DNA from: a virus
Taxonomy: Duplodnaviria; Caudoviricetes
Reading direction: 5' to 3' (one strand)
Length of the DNA stretch: 64,000 nucleotides
Virus record (IMG/VR): IMGVR_UViG_2597489997_000001
Coordinates: 220,758 to 284,757 of that record
The translations under genes and the position numbers were made by a program. The notes below the pieces were generated by a model that did no database searches, was not told the origin of the DNA, and saw only the letters and a list, made by a program, of their open reading frames with translations. Positions 38,927 through 49,672 of this stretch are shown here, in pieces. The stretch's first letter is position 1, and each line of letters starts with the position of its first letter.

Positions 38927-41900
38927 TGTTTAAAAGTGCAAAATTAGGAATGTTTGCGCTGGACGGTAATGAAGCAATGATGTACAATCAGTTTGTAAAA
39001 CTGTTTGGTACTCGTGAGAAGATCAATGATGTAACATCTCCCCGATATACTCCTGTCGGGGACATCATGCTTCCACGGAACTCGTTGATTCACTATCAAC
39101 AGCAGCACCCTGGAGAGGTTGGTCCAAGTAACACAGCTCCGTTTATTAGTAACTTTGATAAACGCATCAACATGTTCTTCAACGTTAACTACGAGGTCAT
39201 TCTGGGTTCTACAAAAATCCAGAACGTCCCGTTAACCAAAACCATCACTGGTTATGAAGGCAGCCACTTCATTTATAACCGTACGCGTAACTATACGACG
39301 GTTGTAGGTAAAGAAGGCGAGCTGTTAGTCAACAACTTGGCTATTGGGCAACTCCCAGTACTTTACAAACGTCGTACTGTATTTACTCCATATCAGAAAT
39401 GGTACAATGACCTTTACACTCTGGTCGGTTCCATTAATGAGTTCAGTAAGTATGGTCGACATCAGTTCATCGAAATTCAATTGCCTCGTACGTTCCCTAC
39501 GTATAAGACTCTTGAATTGATGTTCGACAAATACAAGAAGTTCTTTAACGAAGACGGTGAAGTTGTTCGTATGGACAAAATCCCACTGGCTCCTTTCCAA
39601 GCTGAGCAGTCTTTCTGGCTGTTAGACTTGTACGGATGTCTGATGGGCTTCGACAACTCCAATTACAGTTTGCTTGCTAAGCTCAATGAAGATGCTAAGA
39701 AGCAATTGGAAATTATCTTTACCTATAACGGTAAGTGCTGGATCGTTAACCTTCAAAACCTTATGAATCTCATTAGCTATTCTGATAAGGAAACTGATGA
39801 GAAACCAGGCAACTTAAAGATTAACTACTTCAAGCGCTTCTACGTTTCTTTAATTAGCCTGGTGACGCCTATCTTAGCCGAACCGGAGCAAGAGAGTGAA
39901 CAGGAAGCAGCTGTCGGCGACAACCGAGAAGATAAAGGATCCTCTACCAGAGGAAGTGACGAAGATGAAACATCGGCGCAAGGGGTTCCTGGGAAGGATA
40001 CCGCTGTGGATGGTGGTTCTGGGCCTAGTTCTTTGGCTGACCTTTACTCCAGCAGTAAGAGATCTACTGCTGTACAGGACAGTACCTCACGAGATGAGGG
40101 AAAAGAAACTAATAATGAAACACCTAGCCTCGAAGTCAGTATTGACGAAGAAGGAGAAGATGTTGGAGCCGATTCATGGGGACAGGACATAAGTGATGAT
40201 GTATTTGAGCAAGCCTCGGTAGAAAATGCCGCTATCGCTCAAACACGTCCTTATAGCCCAACTGCTTCCATTGAACGTGAACTTGATGAGCTTGCCCGTA
40301 CTGGTCAATTGACAAGTAAGGAACGTGAGTTCTTCGAGAAAGCAGCCAACACTTATAAAGACCTGGCCATTGGTGGGCGTACGATCGAAGAGATCATCGA
40401 CATCAAACCAGAAGACATGAAGCTCACTAATGATGACATCTCTCCAGATTCCATCGTAATACGTGACAAGGCAGCATTGAAGTCTCGTACCGAAGAACTG
40501 AAGAACGCCTACAACAGTAAGATGCTTCGTCGTAATATCATTGAAATGATTGTCTTTGCTCAGAACGGTAAAGTTGCCGTGACTGATTTGGATATGGAAC
40601 AAGTGGTAACAGCGGACTCTATGTTCGACGTATACACCATTCGCTACCAACCAATCAAAGGCAGTCAATCTACTCGTCGTATTCGTATCCCTACCGTAAT
40701 GGAAGATGGTACCTTTACGATGAACGGTGTTAAGTCATATGCTCAGTTGATGCGTATGGAAGCACCTATCAGAAAGATTAGTCCAACAAAAGTGGCGTTG
40801 ACTTCTTATTATGATAAGAAGGTAATGGTCGAGCGCTCTACTAAAGCTGTCGATGATTTCGGTCGTTGGCTGAAAGCGTCCATCATTGAACGTTCTTATG
40901 TTGACAAATCGATCCGTGTTAGTTTGGGTGGATTCAAACCACCTAAAGATCAGGTCTGTTATTATTACAGCATCCTGGCATCACGATTCAAAGCAATTGA
41001 AACTCCTCTGTATCACTTTGACTTCGACACTACCAACTTGGTCACCACCAAAGCTTGGGCTAAGCTCTGTAACGATAAGAGCTGGGTAATCGGTAAGCAA
41101 GGTGAACATCCAATCATCATTGACAACGCTGGTCTTGTTACCATCGATGGCGTGGAGAAAGGGTATATAGAAGAACTGCTCGGTCTGAACATTGTTAAAG
41201 CACCTATCCCGTGTGCTACCGTTAACGTGAACGGTTTCAAGTTCCCTGCCGTAGTCGTACTCTCTTACTGGACTGGTTTCAGTAACTTACTGAAGATGCT
41301 GAAAGCTGATTACCGTACGGTTGACCCTGACCAACGACCTCAGTTAGCAGCAGATGAGTATTTGGTTTCCTTTGCTGATGAACGTTTAATCTTTAACCGT
41401 CGTGACGAACTGACTACGTTGATACTGTCTGGATTGCGCAAGCTTCCTAACTTACACAACTTCTCACGTTCCCACCTGGATGACCCTAACGTTTGGTTCT
41501 CTCTGATTGGTGACCCTCGTGTCAAACCAACTCACTTCAAAGAGATGACCTTACTGTATGACATGTTCATTGAACCTATCATGAAGCGTCTTCTGGAAGA
41601 GAAAGGTTATCCGGTTGTGATGGACGAGTTAGTTATCGAGGCATGTAAGTTACTCCTCAATAACGAGTCTAAACACGAGATCGAAATTACCGAACAACGC
41701 TTTGTAGGTTATGAACGATTTGCTGGTCACGTTTATCGTGAGCAAGTTAAAGCAACTCGTCAATACCGTAACAAGCCAAACAACGGTAAGAAAACGTTTG
41801 ACCTTAACCCTGATGCGGTGATGATGAATATCATTACTGATTCCTCTTGCCAGGCTATGGAAGAGGTGAACCCGATTCACCAAATCAAGTCCCAAGAAGA

Positions 41901-43278
41901 ATATACCTTTGGTGGTACATTAGGTCGTAGTGACCGTGCGATGGTTCGTCGTACTCGTGGTCAATTGCCTAACTACGCAGGCATCGTTTCAGAAGCCGGT
42001 AAGGACTCCGGTAAAGTTGGCTTCATTGGTTATCTAACTTCTGATGCTAAGATCGTCGACCTTTATGGTAATGTTGATGTCAATGCGAAAGCAACTACAG
42101 TAGGTCGTGGCTCTGTTGTCATGAACGCACTGTACGGCACAACCAAGGATGATACCAAACGTACACTCTTCTCCGGCGTACAGCAGTCTCAGGTTATGGC
42201 TGCCGATAACTACGTTGTTAACCCACTGCGTACTTCTTATGACAGTCAGATTGCGTATCGTACTTCTGAGCTGTATTCTTCTGTTGCGAAACAGAAAGGG
42301 AAGGTAACAGAGGTTACTCCTTACGGCATGACCGTAACGTATGAAGATGGTACGGAAGGTAAGTTCCCGTTAGGTTATGAAATCGGTAAAGGTGCTGGTG
42401 AATATCACAAGCATAATAAAGTTACCGATATGGCTGTTGGTCAAGAGTTTGATAAAGGTCAGATTCTGGCTTGGAACGAACTCTTCTTTGACCGTGACAT
42501 GGTTGACCCGACTCGTGTAGCTTGGAAGTCAGGCGGTATGGCACGTATTGCGTTGATTGAAGATCAGTTCACCTTTGAGGACTCCATCGGTATCTCTAAG
42601 GACTTCTCGGAAGCTTCGACTTCTCCGTTCTTGAAACCAAATGACTTTAAAGTGTTGGGCGAACAGTCAATCAAACTGCATGTCAAAGTAGGCGATGTTG
42701 TTGAGTATGACCAGATCCTATGCGACATAGAGAACCCGGTCTCTTCTGTATTTGAGTATGATGATGCAGATAGCTTCGAAGGGTTAGATCGTATCGGGAT
42801 TAAACAGGTGAAGGCTAAGCAGTCAGGTAAGATTGCTAAGATTGAGGTCTTCTATAATGCTGGTGATTTGGATGACTGGGATGAGTCTCTCCGTACTTTC
42901 ATTAAGAAGTATGATGGGGTTCGTGCTAAGTCAGCTGAATATAAATCAGTAGCGGCTAAAACTGGTAACGTTGGAATCAACGCGTCAATTGGCAAGAGCA
43001 AGATTTACTTGAACACTGCCGTCGTGTACATCTACATTGAGAACACGATTAAGACGACTACTGCGGATAAGTTCGTTGTAGGTAACCAGATGAAAGGTAC
43101 AGTTGGATTCATTTATGAAAACCTAATCTATACTCTCGATGGTCGCCCTGTTCATATCACGTTCTCTTTGAAATCACTTCTTAACCGAATGGTTCTCAGT
43201 CTTCGCGATAAACTGGTTGCTAACGAAGTAAACAACGTTTACACCCAACGCATGATTTCCAAATACGGGAAATACTAA
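38926..43278 (+). CDS. virion RNA polymerase beta subunit, N-terminal/main piece (phiKZ gp178-like)
   Basis: 1450 aa; [52 protein letters not shown]. Confidence 0.92.
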   Translation: MFKSAKLGMFALDGNEAMMYNQFVKLFGTREKINDVTSPRYTPVGDIMLPRNSLIHYQQQHPGEVGPSNTAPFISNFDKRINMFFNVNYEVILGSTKIQNVPLTKTITGYEGSHFIYNRTRNYTTVVGKEGELLVNNLAIGQLPVLYKRRTVFTPYQKWYNDLYTLVGSINEFSKYGRHQFIEIQLPRTFPTYKTLELMFDKYKKFFNEDGEVVRMDKIPLAPFQAEQSFWLLDLYGCLMGFDNSNYSLLAKLNEDAKKQLEIIFTYNGKCWIVNLQNLMNLISYSDKETDEKPGNLKINYFKRFYVSLISLVTPILAEPEQESEQEAAVGDNREDKGSSTRGSDEDETSAQGVPGKDTAVDGGSGPSSLADLYSSSKRSTAVQDSTSRDEGKETNNETPSLEVSIDEEGEDVGADSWGQDISDDVFEQASVENAAIAQTRPYSPTASIERELDELARTGQLTSKEREFFEKAANTYKDLAIGGRTIEEIIDIKPEDMKLTNDDISPDSIVIRDKAALKSRTEELKNAYNSKMLRRNIIEMIVFAQNGKVAVTDLDMEQVVTADSMFDVYTIRYQPIKGSQSTRRIRIPTVMEDGTFTMNGVKSYAQLMRMEAPIRKISPTKVALTSYYDKKVMVERSTKAVDDFGRWLKASIIERSYVDKSIRVSLGGFKPPKDQVCYYYSILASRFKAIETPLYHFDFDTTNLVTTKAWAKLCNDKSWVIGKQGEHPIIIDNAGLVTIDGVEKGYIEELLGLNIVKAPIPCATVNVNGFKFPAVVVLSYWTGFSNLLKMLKADYRTVDPDQRPQLAADEYLVSFADERLIFNRRDELTTLILSGLRKLPNLHNFSRSHLDDPNVWFSLIGDPRVKPTHFKEMTLLYDMFIEPIMKRLLEEKGYPVVMDELVIEACKLLLNNESKHEIEITEQRFVGYERFAGHVYREQVKATRQYRNKPNNGKKTFDLNPDAVMMNIITDSSCQAMEEVNPIHQIKSQEEYTFGGTLGRSDRAMVRRTRGQLPNYAGIVSEAGKDSGKVGFIGYLTSDAKIVDLYGNVDVNAKATTVGRGSVVMNALYGTTKDDTKRTLFSGVQQSQVMAADNYVVNPLRTSYDSQIAYRTSELYSSVAKQKGKVTEVTPYGMTVTYEDGTEGKFPLGYEIGKGAGEYHKHNKVTDMAVGQEFDKGQILAWNELFFDRDMVDPTRVAWKSGGMARIALIEDQFTFEDSIGISKDFSEASTSPFLKPNDFKVLGEQSIKLHVKVGDVVEYDQILCDIENPVSSVFEYDDADSFEGLDRIGIKQVKAKQSGKIAKIEVFYNAGDLDDWDESLRTFIKKYDGVRAKSAEYKSVAAKTGNVGINASIGKSKIYLNTAVVYIYIENTIKTTTADKFVVGNQMKGTVGFIYENLIYTLDGRPVHITFSLKSLLNRMVLSLRDKLVANEVNNVYTQRMISKYGKY

Positions 43279-43279
43279 G

Positions 43280-44266
43280 ATGAAAAATAGCGAGAAGAAT
43301 GCATCGATAATTATGTCGATACAGAGAACGCTCGCTTCACTCTCACTCTATGGAGGCCGCATCGACGGCCTCTTTGGAGAGAAGTGTCGTGGGGCTATCA
43401 TCTTGATGCTGAATAAGGTCTATCCTAATTTCAGCACCAACAAACTTCCGAGTAACACATATGAAGCGGAATCCGTGTTCACGTTTCTCCAGACTGCTTT
43501 GGCTGGTGTTGGTCTTTATACCATTACTATTGATGGTAAATGGGGTGGTACTTCTCAAGGTGCTATTGACGCCCTCGTCAAGTCTTACCGTCAAATTACC
43601 GAAGCGGAGCGAGCTGGGTCGACGTTGCCATTAGGTCTTGCTACTGTGATGTCTAAGCATATGTCTATTGAACAGTTGAGAGCAATGCTCCCTACCGATA
43701 GACAAGGATATGCTGAAGTTTATATCGATCCTTTAAATGAGACGATGGATATATTTGAAATAAATACTCCATTACGAATTGCTCATTTCATGGCCCAAAT
43801 CCTCCACGAAACGGCGTGTTTTAAATATACCGAAGAACTGGCGAGCGGTAAGGCTTATGAGGGTCGTGCTGATTTAGGTAATACTCGACCAGGTGATGGA
43901 CCACTGTTTAAAGGTCGTGGATTATTACAAATTACCGGGCGACTGAATTATGTGAAATGCCAAGTGTATTTGAGAGAGAAGTTAAAGGACCCTACTTTCG
44001 ACATTACGTCGTCTGTAACTTGTGCCCAACAGCTCTCCGAAAGTCCACTTCTTGCTGCATTGGCATCGGGCTACTTCTGGAGATTCATCAAACCTAAACT
44101 CAATGAAACGGCTGATAAAGACGATATCTATTGGGTTTCTGTTTATGTCAATGGTTACGCTAAACAAGCGAATCCTTATTACCCTAACCGGGATAAGGAA
44201 CCCAACCATATGAAAGAACGTGTCCAAATGCTTGCAGTGACAAAGAAAGCACTCGGAATAGTTTAA
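43280..44266 (+). CDS. modular endolysin: two peptidoglycan-binding repeats plus GH19 catalytic domain (OBPgp279-like)
   Basis: IQ..L....LY...IDG.FG and LQ..L....LY...IDG.WG repeats; [32 protein letters not shown]. Confidence 0.95.
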   Translation: MKNSEKNASIIMSIQRTLASLSLYGGRIDGLFGEKCRGAIILMLNKVYPNFSTNKLPSNTYEAESVFTFLQTALAGVGLYTITIDGKWGGTSQGAIDALVKSYRQITEAERAGSTLPLGLATVMSKHMSIEQLRAMLPTDRQGYAEVYIDPLNETMDIFEINTPLRIAHFMAQILHETACFKYTEELASGKAYEGRADLGNTRPGDGPLFKGRGLLQITGRLNYVKCQVYLREKLKDPTFDITSSVTCAQQLSESPLLAALASGYFWRFIKPKLNETADKDDIYWVSVYVNGYAKQANPYYPNRDKEPNHMKERVQMLAVTKKALGIV

Positions 44267-44296
44267 TCAACAATACCACTAATAAAAGGAATATCC

Positions 44297-44461
44297 ATGT
44301 CTGCCGTAGACAACATCATCACGGTCTCTAACCTCTTTGAGGTAGTGGCTAAAGTTAAAGAGAAGGTCGGTTATGAGTTCCAGGCTCCGCTTGACGAAGC
44401 TACTCAGAACGAAGTCACTTCTCGCGCTATTAAAGATATCGTATTAGGGGAAGGCGAATAA
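44297..44461 (+). CDS. small hypothetical protein (54 aa; not in ORF track)
   Basis: AAGGAA RBS, MSAVDNIITVSNLFEVVAKVKEKVGYEFQAPLDEATQNEVTSRAIKDIVLGEGE*, TAATG-coupled to next gene. Confidence 0.75.
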   Translation: MSAVDNIITVSNLFEVVAKVKEKVGYEFQAPLDEATQNEVTSRAIKDIVLGEGE

Positions 44462-45978
44462 TGATCAAGCAAACTACTGTTTTGATGGCAACCCCTATTG
44501 CTCTGGCTGCTTCCGCTAAAGGCATTGATCTTAATGATCGTTGCGGCGATATCATCCAAGGTCTGAACCAGACCGTAGGTACCATCAAGAAACTGACTGA
44601 AGATAACATCGCTGTTGATCTTCCTGAGTTTACTTCTACTGACACCGAACATACCGATGTCATGGAAGCAACTACTGACGTCATTGCTGAACATATCCGT
44701 GCAGCACTGAACACCATCTCTAAGAAAGTTAAACCTATTCTTAAAGGTGTTGAAAACGTCATGAGTTCTCAGCTGGATCCTTCTAACGTTTCTGAAACCA
44801 TCTTTGGTTATCTGAACATCAGCATGGTTAACATTGAACCTGGCTTCTTGAACTCTCCTTTCTATCCGAAAGAAGTTCCTGCTACGTTTAATGGTATCGA
44901 TACCATTCGTCTGGCTGATTTACTGCCAGGCGCATACCCTCAGATGAATCCTAACGATCTGGTAGACCTGATCGCTGTTGATGTTGCTGAGCTGATGCCA
45001 TTCTTCTCTAATGCAGAAGAAATCCGCAATGTGTATAACGGTCTGTTCGTTGAGAAAGACTTCTGGTCCTTCTTCGGTGCTAATGCAATCGACAACGGCG
45101 TGCTGTCTATCCGCAACCAAAGCAACTATCGTTTCAGTGCTTTCCGTCCTCTGGTTATTGGTAGTCTCATTCTGAACCGTTTGGTTTCTGAAGACGATCC
45201 ACTCCCAGGTGTAACTGGCGTATCACTGGACAACTACCGTGCTGGTCTGCGTATGACTCGTGACCTGTTCAGCTACATGCTTGTAACTTTCCGTACTATG
45301 TGGGAAGAACGCGCAGGCGCTGGTGTAGTCATCGTTGATAACGAAGTGAAAACCAAAGTTGCTGATTTCGGTAACATGGTCGGTAAAGAAGTTCTGTCCG
45401 GTAATCTGACTATCGGTTACAACCGTGCTGTTCTGGAAATGTTTGCTAAAGGTGACGAACTGTCTCTGAGCGAATACGCTGTCGGTTATCTGTACGCTAA
45501 GAAACGCGGCTATCCGATTAAAGACATCATCACTGATGCTGGTCCGATCAAGAACGCATGGATCGAATATTGTAACGATGTTCGTGGTGCGCTGGTTCTT
45601 CAGAAGTCTTCTATTGCTAAGAACGCATTCATCGCTACGATGGAAGGTCTGTATGCTAAAGAAGAATTCAAACCTCTTATCGAGGTAATGGAATCTGACG
45701 TTCATCCTACCCAACGTCTGTTGCAGCGTATCCAGGCTCAAATCGATCTGGACCTGTTCTTCAACAACATCCCAATGCTGGATGCGATTGTTCGTAATGA
45801 GAACTCTCTGATGAACACTCATCTGGCGGCAGTTCTGGCAGGCGCTCTGGATTCTCCTATTGCAGAAGAAATCCTGATCCTGAACAGCAACAAACCAGCA
45901 GCTTCTATCGAACAGCAGCGTAAAGCGCTGTCCTGCTCTATCGACACTGTTATTCTTAAGCGTCTGATTAAAGCTTGA
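44461..45978 (+). CDS. conserved protein (phiKZ gp177-like by synteny)
   Basis: 505 aa, strong codon bias, lies between vRNAP beta and the protease operon. Confidence 0.7.
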   Translation: MIKQTTVLMATPIALAASAKGIDLNDRCGDIIQGLNQTVGTIKKLTEDNIAVDLPEFTSTDTEHTDVMEATTDVIAEHIRAALNTISKKVKPILKGVENVMSSQLDPSNVSETIFGYLNISMVNIEPGFLNSPFYPKEVPATFNGIDTIRLADLLPGAYPQMNPNDLVDLIAVDVAELMPFFSNAEEIRNVYNGLFVEKDFWSFFGANAIDNGVLSIRNQSNYRFSAFRPLVIGSLILNRLVSEDDPLPGVTGVSLDNYRAGLRMTRDLFSYMLVTFRTMWEERAGAGVVIVDNEVKTKVADFGNMVGKEVLSGNLTIGYNRAVLEMFAKGDELSLSEYAVGYLYAKKRGYPIKDIITDAGPIKNAWIEYCNDVRGALVLQKSSIAKNAFIATMEGLYAKEEFKPLIEVMESDVHPTQRLLQRIQAQIDLDLFFNNIPMLDAIVRNENSLMNTHLAAVLAGALDSPIAEEILILNSNKPAASIEQQRKALSCSIDTVILKRLIKA

Positions 45979-46715
45979 TGGAAATTGAAAAGCTGACTAA
46001 AGACCTGGGGCGGGTTGAAGCCGCCCTTAAGGTCTTACCAGATGGTAGCGTAGTTGCACTGCAACGATTGAAGGCTTGTTTCCCTAAACGCTTTGAACAA
46101 TCTAACCTGGCCGACATCGGCGACACAGTCCAGACCATTTTAATGGTTGGTGTAATCGTTGGTGACTATTATGCTTTCTTTGGTGGAATGACCAAAGTAG
46201 TAATGAAGCCGGGTGATATCTACGAAGCGACTCTTGGGAATGATCGTTACTTTGTGCTTGACTTTGAACCAGGTGATGTAGTTATCGAAGCGTTGACTGT
46301 TCCTATGGACGCCAACATCGGTTATTACTATTACTTGGAGTTCACCAAGTATGCTCGCTTACCGTGGTACTTAACCCATGAAGACCTGTTAGGTGTTTAT
46401 GATGAGGCTAAGTTCTATACTGGTAAATCAATGGGCACCAGTAACCAGGCTATCCGAGTTCTCTATGCATTAACGTGCAGAGATCCAAAGAACTTAGATA
46501 TCCCGTTCCGTTACGGTAGCTCTATTAACGATCCCAGCGTTAAACCGAAGATAATCGGTATTAACAACCCTGGTCAGTTGTTGAACTCTACCTTTAGCCG
46601 TTTGGCTTCTGGTTACATGTCCGACAACATTATCTCTGGTATTCTTAATCCTGATACTAAGGTTACGAATCTGGAAGAAGTTATTCGTGGTCTACCAAGT
46701 CGAGGAAATTCATAA
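45978..46715 (+). CDS. conserved protein (phiKZ gp176-like; candidate vRNAP-associated subunit)
   Basis: FPKRF, RLPWYL, T.SRL.SGY, LEEVIR motifs; directly upstream of head protease. Confidence 0.65.
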   Translation: MEIEKLTKDLGRVEAALKVLPDGSVVALQRLKACFPKRFEQSNLADIGDTVQTILMVGVIVGDYYAFFGGMTKVVMKPGDIYEATLGNDRYFVLDFEPGDVVIEALTVPMDANIGYYYYLEFTKYARLPWYLTHEDLLGVYDEAKFYTGKSMGTSNQAIRVLYALTCRDPKNLDIPFRYGSSINDPSVKPKIIGINNPGQLLNSTFSRLASGYMSDNIISGILNPDTKVTNLEEVIRGLPSRGNS

Positions 46716-47566
46716 TGTCCCAAATTTCATTAGGGAACATCATCCTTGCTGGTACTGGTAAGAAAGGGATTCTGGCTCCAGAAGCAAATGGCACCTACCT
46801 GCTTAATGCAGGTGGGTTTAACATCCCTAACCATGCTGGCATTACTTATCCTGCCAACGAGTATGTACTGGATCAGATTAATGAGAACTCTGATTTGCAA
46901 CGCCGTGTTAAAATGGGCTATTGCAAAATGGAAGTTGAACATCCTGAACCATTCATCTATGTGATCGAGAACGGTGTCAAATACCGTCAACCTATCACTG
47001 ACGTACTCCAATGGATCAACCGTCTTCGTTCTTATGACCCAGCTAATATCTGCGGTCTGATTAGTGAAGTGTTGTTTAACTTCGATAATCCGAATGATGT
47101 ACGGGCACCGATTTGGAACCTGATTCGTTGTGAACCATTTGGTCCACGTCGTGAAGAGTTCCGTGAATCACTGGCTAACCCACGTCACAACACTGCGGTA
47201 TCCATCCGTACTCAGATCTCTCCGTTCCGTCCTGGGGATACTCAGAAGAACGTTGAGTTCTGGACTGGTTATGATTGGGTTTCTGAGCCTGGTATGGTCC
47301 ATGCTAATAAACACATGACTGCTGGTTGCGAATCCTTCCTGAATGACTTCGGTCTTAACGACAACATGCAGAAGTTCAGTACTTCTGAAATGATTGAACG
47401 TTTGGATGGTGCGCTGGCTGAAGCAGATAAGAATGCTGAAGCTCTTATCCGTGTTGGTGGTATGGAAGCCCTGGATGACTATCGTCAAATCCTGGGTGGC
47501 ATTAAGGCTAAATACAGCAAAGGTGATTCCATCATTGTTGGTAAGTCATTCACCGATATCTTCTAA
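46715..47566 (+). CDS. prohead maturation serine protease (phiKZ gp175-like, S80)
   Basis: GKKGIL, GGFN..NHAG..Y, EVEHP (His), PFGP, AVSIRT (Ser), YDWVSEPG (Asp); C-terminal GCE/GME putative self-cleavage sites. Confidence 0.85.
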   Translation: MSQISLGNIILAGTGKKGILAPEANGTYLLNAGGFNIPNHAGITYPANEYVLDQINENSDLQRRVKMGYCKMEVEHPEPFIYVIENGVKYRQPITDVLQWINRLRSYDPANICGLISEVLFNFDNPNDVRAPIWNLIRCEPFGPRREEFRESLANPRHNTAVSIRTQISPFRPGDTQKNVEFWTGYDWVSEPGMVHANKHMTAGCESFLNDFGLNDNMQKFSTSEMIERLDGALAEADKNAEALIRVGGMEALDDYRQILGGIKAKYSKGDSIIVGKSFTDIF

Positions 47567-47571
47567 TTGAG

Positions 47572-47609
47572 ATAAGTAGGGGTCCTTCGGGATCTCTACT
47601 TATTTTTTA
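47572..47609 (+). terminator. intrinsic terminator (cTTCGg loop)
   Basis: ATAAGTAGGGGTCC-TTCG-GGATCTCTACTTAT then T-tract. Confidence 0.85.
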
Positions 47610-47665
47610 TGTCTGTTTCCATTATACGTTACGAACAACATTCTCCCACCTAAGGAAATAAAGAA

Positions 47666-48322
47666 ATGTCAGAACAAGAAAGCGCTCTCAAAGAAGCTGT
47701 TACCAGTCGTCACATTCACGCAGTAGAGCAAGCACTGGACGCACAGGTTCCTACTCAATGGACAGCTAAGTCCATCAACCTGGCTGACCTGCGCATCGCC
47801 ACACAAGCTCGTGAGCTGGTTATTCAGGGCTACACTTTGAACAGCACCTTTAAAGAGTTCAATGAAGTATGGCTCAGTCTGCATACCGAAGATAAGAAAT
47901 GCATTATCGTCGATCAGGTAGCAACTAAGCTTAAGTATCAGCTGGTTAACTTGTATGCTATCAAACTGGTTAAGTATCTGAACTCTATCATCGGTTTGGA
48001 TCTGGTTCCTCTGGCGCAACAAGACCCAGCAACGCGCACCTGGAAAATGGATGCGGTTATTCTGAACATCGCTTCCAACAAAATCACTGATCACGAGCAT
48101 CTGTTCCGCTTGATGCTGGTTAACCTGTTTGGTATCAGTGAAGATATCGTTGATTTCTCTCTGGCACCTACTTACGGTAAACTCCGTAACTACCTCAGCA
48201 AAACTTATGGTTGGGTTCAGCCTCTTGAACCAGCAGCAGCTGACGATGCAGTTCCTACCATCGAAGCTCTGTCATCCACTGTTGTTGTTTGTGCAACTCA
48301 GGGTAAACTGACTATCGGTTAA
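47666..48322 (+). CDS. hypothetical protein
   Basis: 218 aa, TAAGGAA RBS. Confidence 0.8.
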   Translation: MSEQESALKEAVTSRHIHAVEQALDAQVPTQWTAKSINLADLRIATQARELVIQGYTLNSTFKEFNEVWLSLHTEDKKCIIVDQVATKLKYQLVNLYAIKLVKYLNSIIGLDLVPLAQQDPATRTWKMDAVILNIASNKITDHEHLFRLMLVNLFGISEDIVDFSLAPTYGKLRNYLSKTYGWVQPLEPAAADDAVPTIEALSSTVVVCATQGKLTIG

Positions 48323-48329
48323 TGTTAAC

Positions 48330-48370
48330 GTTAGAGAGGGTAACACCTCTCTAACCCCTTATGTTTGTTT
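48330..48370 (+). terminator. hairpin terminator
   Basis: GTTAGAGAGG-GTAACA-CCTCTCTAAC. Confidence 0.7.
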
Positions 48371-48380
48371 GGAGATATTT

Positions 48381-48824
48381 ATGGATCATTGTACATCCTT
48401 GTTTACTCTTACCGATGATGGTAAACATTACTCACTTAACTTATTCGTCGCTAAGAAAGAAACTATCGACCGCTGGGGGATTGACTTAGTTAAGAAACTC
48501 TTTAAGGCGTATGAAAATAAACAATTACTTCTAGCTACTGATATCGGTGCTATCAACGTTGGTAGTGTCGAGAAAGTAACTATTGGAGAATGGGGATCCA
48601 GATCTCCTGAAGAAGTAGAAGTAACCTCTGTTACTGCTTCCTTGTTAGTCGAGAAAACTGACATTAGCAATTATCTTTATAACAACAATATCCGAATCTC
48701 GGCACAGCTGGTTCCTACCGCTCACGGTCTTAGTTCCGTGGTCCATATCAGCAAGGTTGTCAACTTCGGTAAAAATTATAACCTTTCAACTGTAGTAGGA
48801 GCAAGCCATGCAACCCGTAAATGA
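48381..48824 (+). CDS. hypothetical protein
   Basis: ATG 48381 behind GGAG. Confidence 0.7.
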   Translation: MDHCTSLFTLTDDGKHYSLNLFVAKKETIDRWGIDLVKKLFKAYENKQLLLATDIGAINVGSVEKVTIGEWGSRSPEEVEVTSVTASLLVEKTDISNYLYNNNIRISAQLVPTAHGLSSVVHISKVVNFGKNYNLSTVVGASHATRK

Positions 48825-49578
48825 AGCATTGATGACTGATGAAGAATTCCTGGTTCACATTGAGAAGGTCATAGAACCTCAAGTAGCTGACTGCGGTAAT
48901 GTTCAATTGCGAGCAGCCACCATTGGTCGTCTGTGTACAATGATCCGGGCTCGCGATAAAGCAATGCACCTTCAGCTCCAAACCGCCAGAACTACTTTCG
49001 CTCGCATCTTAGATGCTAATGGTGATAGTGCCAAGCCTAGCACTGTGGATGATTACCTAAACCTTCGCAAACAGGTTGAGCGTAAACATGATGGCACTCA
49101 TGAAGTCACTCTTTCTATTGTCAATGTCCCATGTGGGGTGGATGGTAAGAAATGGTCAATGGGTGATGAGAAAACCAAGATCTTCCTCAAGACAACCCGT
49201 GAAGAGTTGACCCCGCTTCTTGACAAGATTGTACTTCGAGGTGCGATTGGTGAGACAGATCAGAATACTGTTCGCCAACGGGTGCGCTTAGCTGGGGCAG
49301 GTACTGATTTTGGGATTAGTGAATATTCTAAGATCGATCCAGCTAATGTAGCCGGTGTTTTACTCGGCTATCAGATATCAGGTATTCGTGATGGCTCTGG
49401 CGCATTGGTGATCACTGGTAATGTGAGACTTACCCCAGAGGCAGCAGCGATGATGGAATCTGGAAACTATGTATTTGGCATCCGCAGCACTGTCTCTATG
49501 GACGGTCTTCACAGAGTGATTGATGAACTTCACGCGTTCGATATGTTCCCAGTTCATGAATTGAATACATCTATTTAA
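48808..49578 (+). CDS. head-protease paralog, probably catalytically inactive
   Basis: RGAIGE, IDPANV, ITGNVR, VFGIRS, AFD align in order with motifs of 46715..47566. Confidence 0.55.
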   Translation: MQPVNEALMTDEEFLVHIEKVIEPQVADCGNVQLRAATIGRLCTMIRARDKAMHLQLQTARTTFARILDANGDSAKPSTVDDYLNLRKQVERKHDGTHEVTLSIVNVPCGVDGKKWSMGDEKTKIFLKTTREELTPLLDKIVLRGAIGETDQNTVRQRVRLAGAGTDFGISEYSKIDPANVAGVLLGYQISGIRDGSGALVITGNVRLTPEAAAMMESGNYVFGIRSTVSMDGLHRVIDELHAFDMFPVHELNTSI

Positions 49579-49587
49579 TTTGAAGTT

Positions 49588-49604
49588 GATATTATCTACT
49601 TGCT
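49588..49604 (+). promoter_or_regulatory. putative early promoter (GATATTATCTACTTGCT)
   Basis: Repeated motif at the start of the paralog-array region. Confidence 0.6.
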
Positions 49605-49672
49605 TATTTGATAGATATTAAAGTCTAGTACCAAACTACTAGTTAATCAACTGAACAACGAGGAATTCAGAA

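Noticed and set aside
37310-43278. Intron, intein or homing endonuclease in the vRNAP genes
   Set aside because: Both ORFs are continuous and directly coupled; no HNH/LAGLIDADG or intein splice motifs noticed
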